From NCBI GenBank assembly GCA_018715145.1, contig DVMD01000079.1:1-54652 (forward strand): 54,652 bases of DNA, in the 5' to 3' direction. The notes under the pieces were generated by a model. That model had not been told where the DNA came from. It worked only from the letters and a program-made list of their open reading frames with translations, and searched no databases. The stretch's first letter is position 1. Every line of letters begins with the position of its first letter. The translations under genes were made by a program, and so were the position numbers. The DNA comes from Candidatus Onthocola stercorigallinarum (GTDB lineage Bacteria > Bacillota_I > Bacilli_A > RF39 > UBA660). Shown piece after piece: positions 52,250 through 54,652 of the stretch.

Positions 52250-54154
52250 TTACACCGCCCTGTAATTATCTTCCATAGTAAATACTACATTTTCATTAAT
52301 CCATTCCTTGCGAGGTTCTACTTTATCTCCCATTAAGACATTTACTCTTTTTTCTGCTAGAGCAGCATCATTAATATTAACCCGTATTAAACTACGAGTA
52401 TCAGGATTCATGGTTGTATCCCAAAGTTGATCAGGATTCATCTCTCCAAGACCCTTGTATCTTTGAATAGAGTATTTACCAGTATTTTCTCTTTTTATTT
52501 CCTCTAATTCTTCATCAGAATAAGCATAATATTTTTTCTTACCATAATCTAATTTATATAAAGGTGGCATTGCAATATAAAGTTTACCAGCTTCAATAAG
52601 TCCGCGCATATAGCGATAGAAAAATGTAAGCAGTAGTATTTGAATGTGCGCACCATCAACATCGGCATCAGTCATGATAATTACTTTATCGTAATTAGAA
52701 TCATTTACATCAAAATCCGCACCAACACCAGCTCCAATAGTATAGATTAAAGTATTTATTTCTTCATTTTTCAAAAGTTCATCAATATTAGATTTTTCAC
52801 TATTGATAACTTTTCCCCGGAGAGGTAGTATTGCTTGGAATTTTCTATCTCTTCCTCCTTTAGCAGAACCACCAGCTGAATCTCCTTCGACAATAAATAG
52901 TTCATTAATTTTGGCATTTTTACTTCCAGCTGGAGCAAGCTTACTAGATAAATTTCTTTCTTGTTTTTTCGATTTGCCGTTTCTAGCATCTTCTCTTGCT
53001 TTGCGAGCGGCTTCTCTGGCAACTTTACTTTTCATAGCTTTATCAAGTATCGCTAGAGCTACTTCTTTATTTTCTTCTAAATAAAATTTAATTGCTTCAT
53101 ATGTGATACTTTCTGTTACACTTCTGGCCTCAGGTGTTCCAAGTTTTCCTTTAGTTTGACCTTCAAATTGCAGTAACTCTTCAGGTATTCGTAAACTTAT
53201 GACAGCTGATAATCCCTCACGGACATCTGATCCATCTAGTGACCCATCCTTAGCTTTAAAAATATTATTATTTTTAGCATAATCATTAAAAGCTTTAGTT
53301 ATACCAGTTTTAAAACCAACTTCATGAGATCCGCCATCAACAGTTTTAACATTATTAACGAATGATAAAATATTTTCGTTATAAGTATCAGTGTATTGCA
53401 TAGCAACATCTACTTCAATTTTACCTTTGGTATTACTAAAATTAATTACTTTATGCAAGGTATTTTTACCTTCATTCATATATTCAACAAAACTAATTAA
53501 CCCATTATCATAATGAAATTTCGCTTGTTTTTTATCTTCTTCATCAATTACTTCAATAGTAAGACCACTTAGTAAAAAGGCACTTTCTTGCATTCTTTCA
53601 ACAATAGTTGTATAAGAGAATTGACTTTCTTTAAATATTTCTGGGTCTGGCATAAACTTAACTATAGTTCCAGTTTTATTTGTTTTACCCACAGTTTTAA
53701 GAGGAGTTTTAACATGTCCACCATTTTCAAATTCAATCATCGAAATAAGGCCATCACGATAAATTACTACTTGCATAGATTTGGATAAGGCATTAACAAC
53801 ACTAGCCCCAACACCATGAAGTCCTCCGCTCACTTTGTAGCCGTCCTCACTAAATTTACCACCAGCATGAAGGATTGTATAAATAACCTCTGGAGTTGGT
53901 TTACCAGATTCATGCATTCCAATAGGTATGCCTCTACCATTATCAGCAACCGTAATACTTCCATCTTTATTAATAATTACTTTAATATAATTACCATAAC
54001 CATTTATTACTTCATCTATTGAATTATCAACAATTTCCCATACTAAATGATGCAGACCTCTTTTGTCTGTTGATCCAATATACATACCAGGTCTTTTACG
54101 AACAGCTTCTAAACCTTCAAGAATTTTTATCGATGACTCATCATATTTTGCCAT
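52250..54154 (-). CDS. parE: DNA topoisomerase IV subunit B
   Basis: GHKL ATPase LEAVRKRPGMYIGS, HHLVWEIVDNSIDE, Toprim ELFIVEGDSAGGSAK and PLRGKV. The parE call rests on its pairing with the ParC-type A subunit. Confidence 0.85.
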   Translation of the reverse strand: MAKYDESSIKILEGLEAVRKRPGMYIGSTDKRGLHHLVWEIVDNSIDEVINGYGNYIKVIINKDGSITVADNGRGIPIGMHESGKPTPEVIYTILHAGGKFSEDGYKVSGGLHGVGASVVNALSKSMQVVIYRDGLISMIEFENGGHVKTPLKTVGKTNKTGTIVKFMPDPEIFKESQFSYTTIVERMQESAFLLSGLTIEVIDEEDKKQAKFHYDNGLISFVEYMNEGKNTLHKVINFSNTKGKIEVDVAMQYTDTYNENILSFVNNVKTVDGGSHEVGFKTGITKAFNDYAKNNNIFKAKDGSLDGSDVREGLSAVISLRIPEELLQFEGQTKGKLGTPEARSVTESITYEAIKFYLEENKEVALAILDKAMKSKVAREAARKAREDARNGKSKKQERNLSSKLAPAGSKNAKINELFIVEGDSAGGSAKGGRDRKFQAILPLRGKVINSEKSNIDELLKNEEINTLIYTIGAGVGADFDVNDSNYDKVIIMTDADVDGAHIQILLLTFFYRYMRGLIEAGKLYIAMPPLYKLDYGKKKYYAYSDEELEEIKRENTGKYSIQRYKGLGEMNPDQLWDTTMNPDTRSLIRVNINDAALAEKRVNVLMGDKVEPRKEWINENVVFTMEDNYRAV

Positions 54155-54267
54155 TTTTATTCACCCTAAACCATTATATCAAGAAAAACCCGAGAAAATC
54201 AAGGTTTTATCACATAGGAAATCACAAATTAGTCAAATGACTAAAGAAAAAACAACCAAATGGTTGC

Positions 54268-54652
54268 TTAGCGATTAATATTATATGTTTCCCCAGTTAT
54301 ATTATCAATATTAGGCCCTTCTTTTTTTTCTTCCTTTTTTAATGAAGGAAGTTCTAGATTATCATCATCAGTAATTGTAAATAAACTAATATTTTTTGGT
54401 TTTTCTTCCACTTTTTCTTCTACAACTTTTTCTTGAGGTTTTTCTTCTTTATTATTTACAAAAACTGAACTAAATACTTGTGGTCCTGGTGTGTATTTCT
54501 TTTCTTCATTTCTATCTTTTAATCTAGAAGGTATTTCTGGTTTTTCTTCTAATTTTCTATCTAATCTTGAAGGAATTACTTCTTCATCTGCAAATAAAGG
54601 TTTTATTTCTTCCTTCTTTTCTTCTTTTGGTAAATCGATATTTTTAAATTCT
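54268..54652 (-). CDS. C-terminal part of a K/E/P-rich protein (5' end outside the window)
   Basis: The open minus-strand frame from the window edge ends ...ITGETYNINR at stop 54268-54270. It is followed by the terminator GCAACC-attt-GGTTGT plus a T-run. Confidence 0.45.
   Translation of the reverse strand, partial: EFKNIDLPKEEKKEEIKPLFADEEVIPSRLDRKLEEKPEIPSRLKDRNEEKKYTPGPQVFSSVFVNNKEEKPQEKVVEEKVEEKPKNISLFTITDDDNLELPSLKKEEKKEGPNIDNITGETYNINR

Noticed and set aside
52771-53022. 83-aa same-strand alternative-frame ORF inside parE
   Set aside because: Unlike the TnpV-like case, it has no SD and no recognisable family pattern. Its length is within what chance allows.
49760-54154. Calling the type II topoisomerase pair gyrB/gyrA
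   Set aside because: The A subunit has the HGNNGS...DPPAA signature typical of Gram-positive ParC/GrlA rather than the GyrA QGNFGS. The locus also lacks the dnaA-dnaN-recF-gyrB context. It is therefore called parE/parC with moderate certainty.

Overview
This 54.6-kb window comes from a very AT-rich, apparently spore-forming Firmicute that uses the standard genetic code. Sporulation-type content includes gerE, a GerM-like gene, a SpoIIIAH-like gene, YlbD/YlbE-like genes and Spo0A-type boxes. Nearly every gene is on the minus strand.

Positions 1 to about 21150 are the right-hand part of an integrative conjugative or mobilisable element. It carries:
- a MobC-like gene and oriT-like inverted repeats
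- three XRE regulators
- a DUF3991/Toprim primase-like gene
- a 2457-aa ArdC-like/methyltransferase/SNF2-helicase polyvalent protein
- a sortase and a thioester-type wall-anchored adhesin
- parB and parA
- an accessory block of DinD-like, RhuM-like, GNAT and minimal RNA-ligase-like genes

No integrase or att site is visible, and the element continues past the left edge.

From about 21350 to the end is core genome:
- rplS-lepB operon, a GT39-like membrane protein, an FAD oxidoreductase and a lipoprotein
- a T-box leader followed by an unknown gene and valS
- three secreted or membrane-anchored proteins
- thiI, a cysteine desulfurase and ezrA
- a SpoIIIAH-like gene, gerE, a GerM-like gene and tRNA-Arg(TCT)
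- rpmG-efp, an Rpn-family nuclease, a class B PBP, nfo and an orphan type IV pilin
- YlbD/YlbE-like genes and parE-parC

I saw no rRNA genes and no CRISPR array.

The most interesting observations are:
1. A complete TnpV-like gene with its own Shine-Dalgarno lies in an alternative frame inside the giant polyvalent gene. This looks like dual coding.
2. The largest non-coding gap (34.2-35.0 kb) holds three 10-bp-phased Spo0A-type boxes, a near-consensus promoter, an anti-SD leader, a 27-aa hydrophobic peptide ORF and a convergent small antisense RNA. The layout resembles a type I toxin-antitoxin under predicted sporulation control.
3. The same tandem 0A-box string recurs at two other intergenic sites.
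4. A T-box leader is separated from valS by an unknown gene that overlaps the valS start.

All family assignments rest on motif recognition by eye and need HMM or BLAST confirmation.
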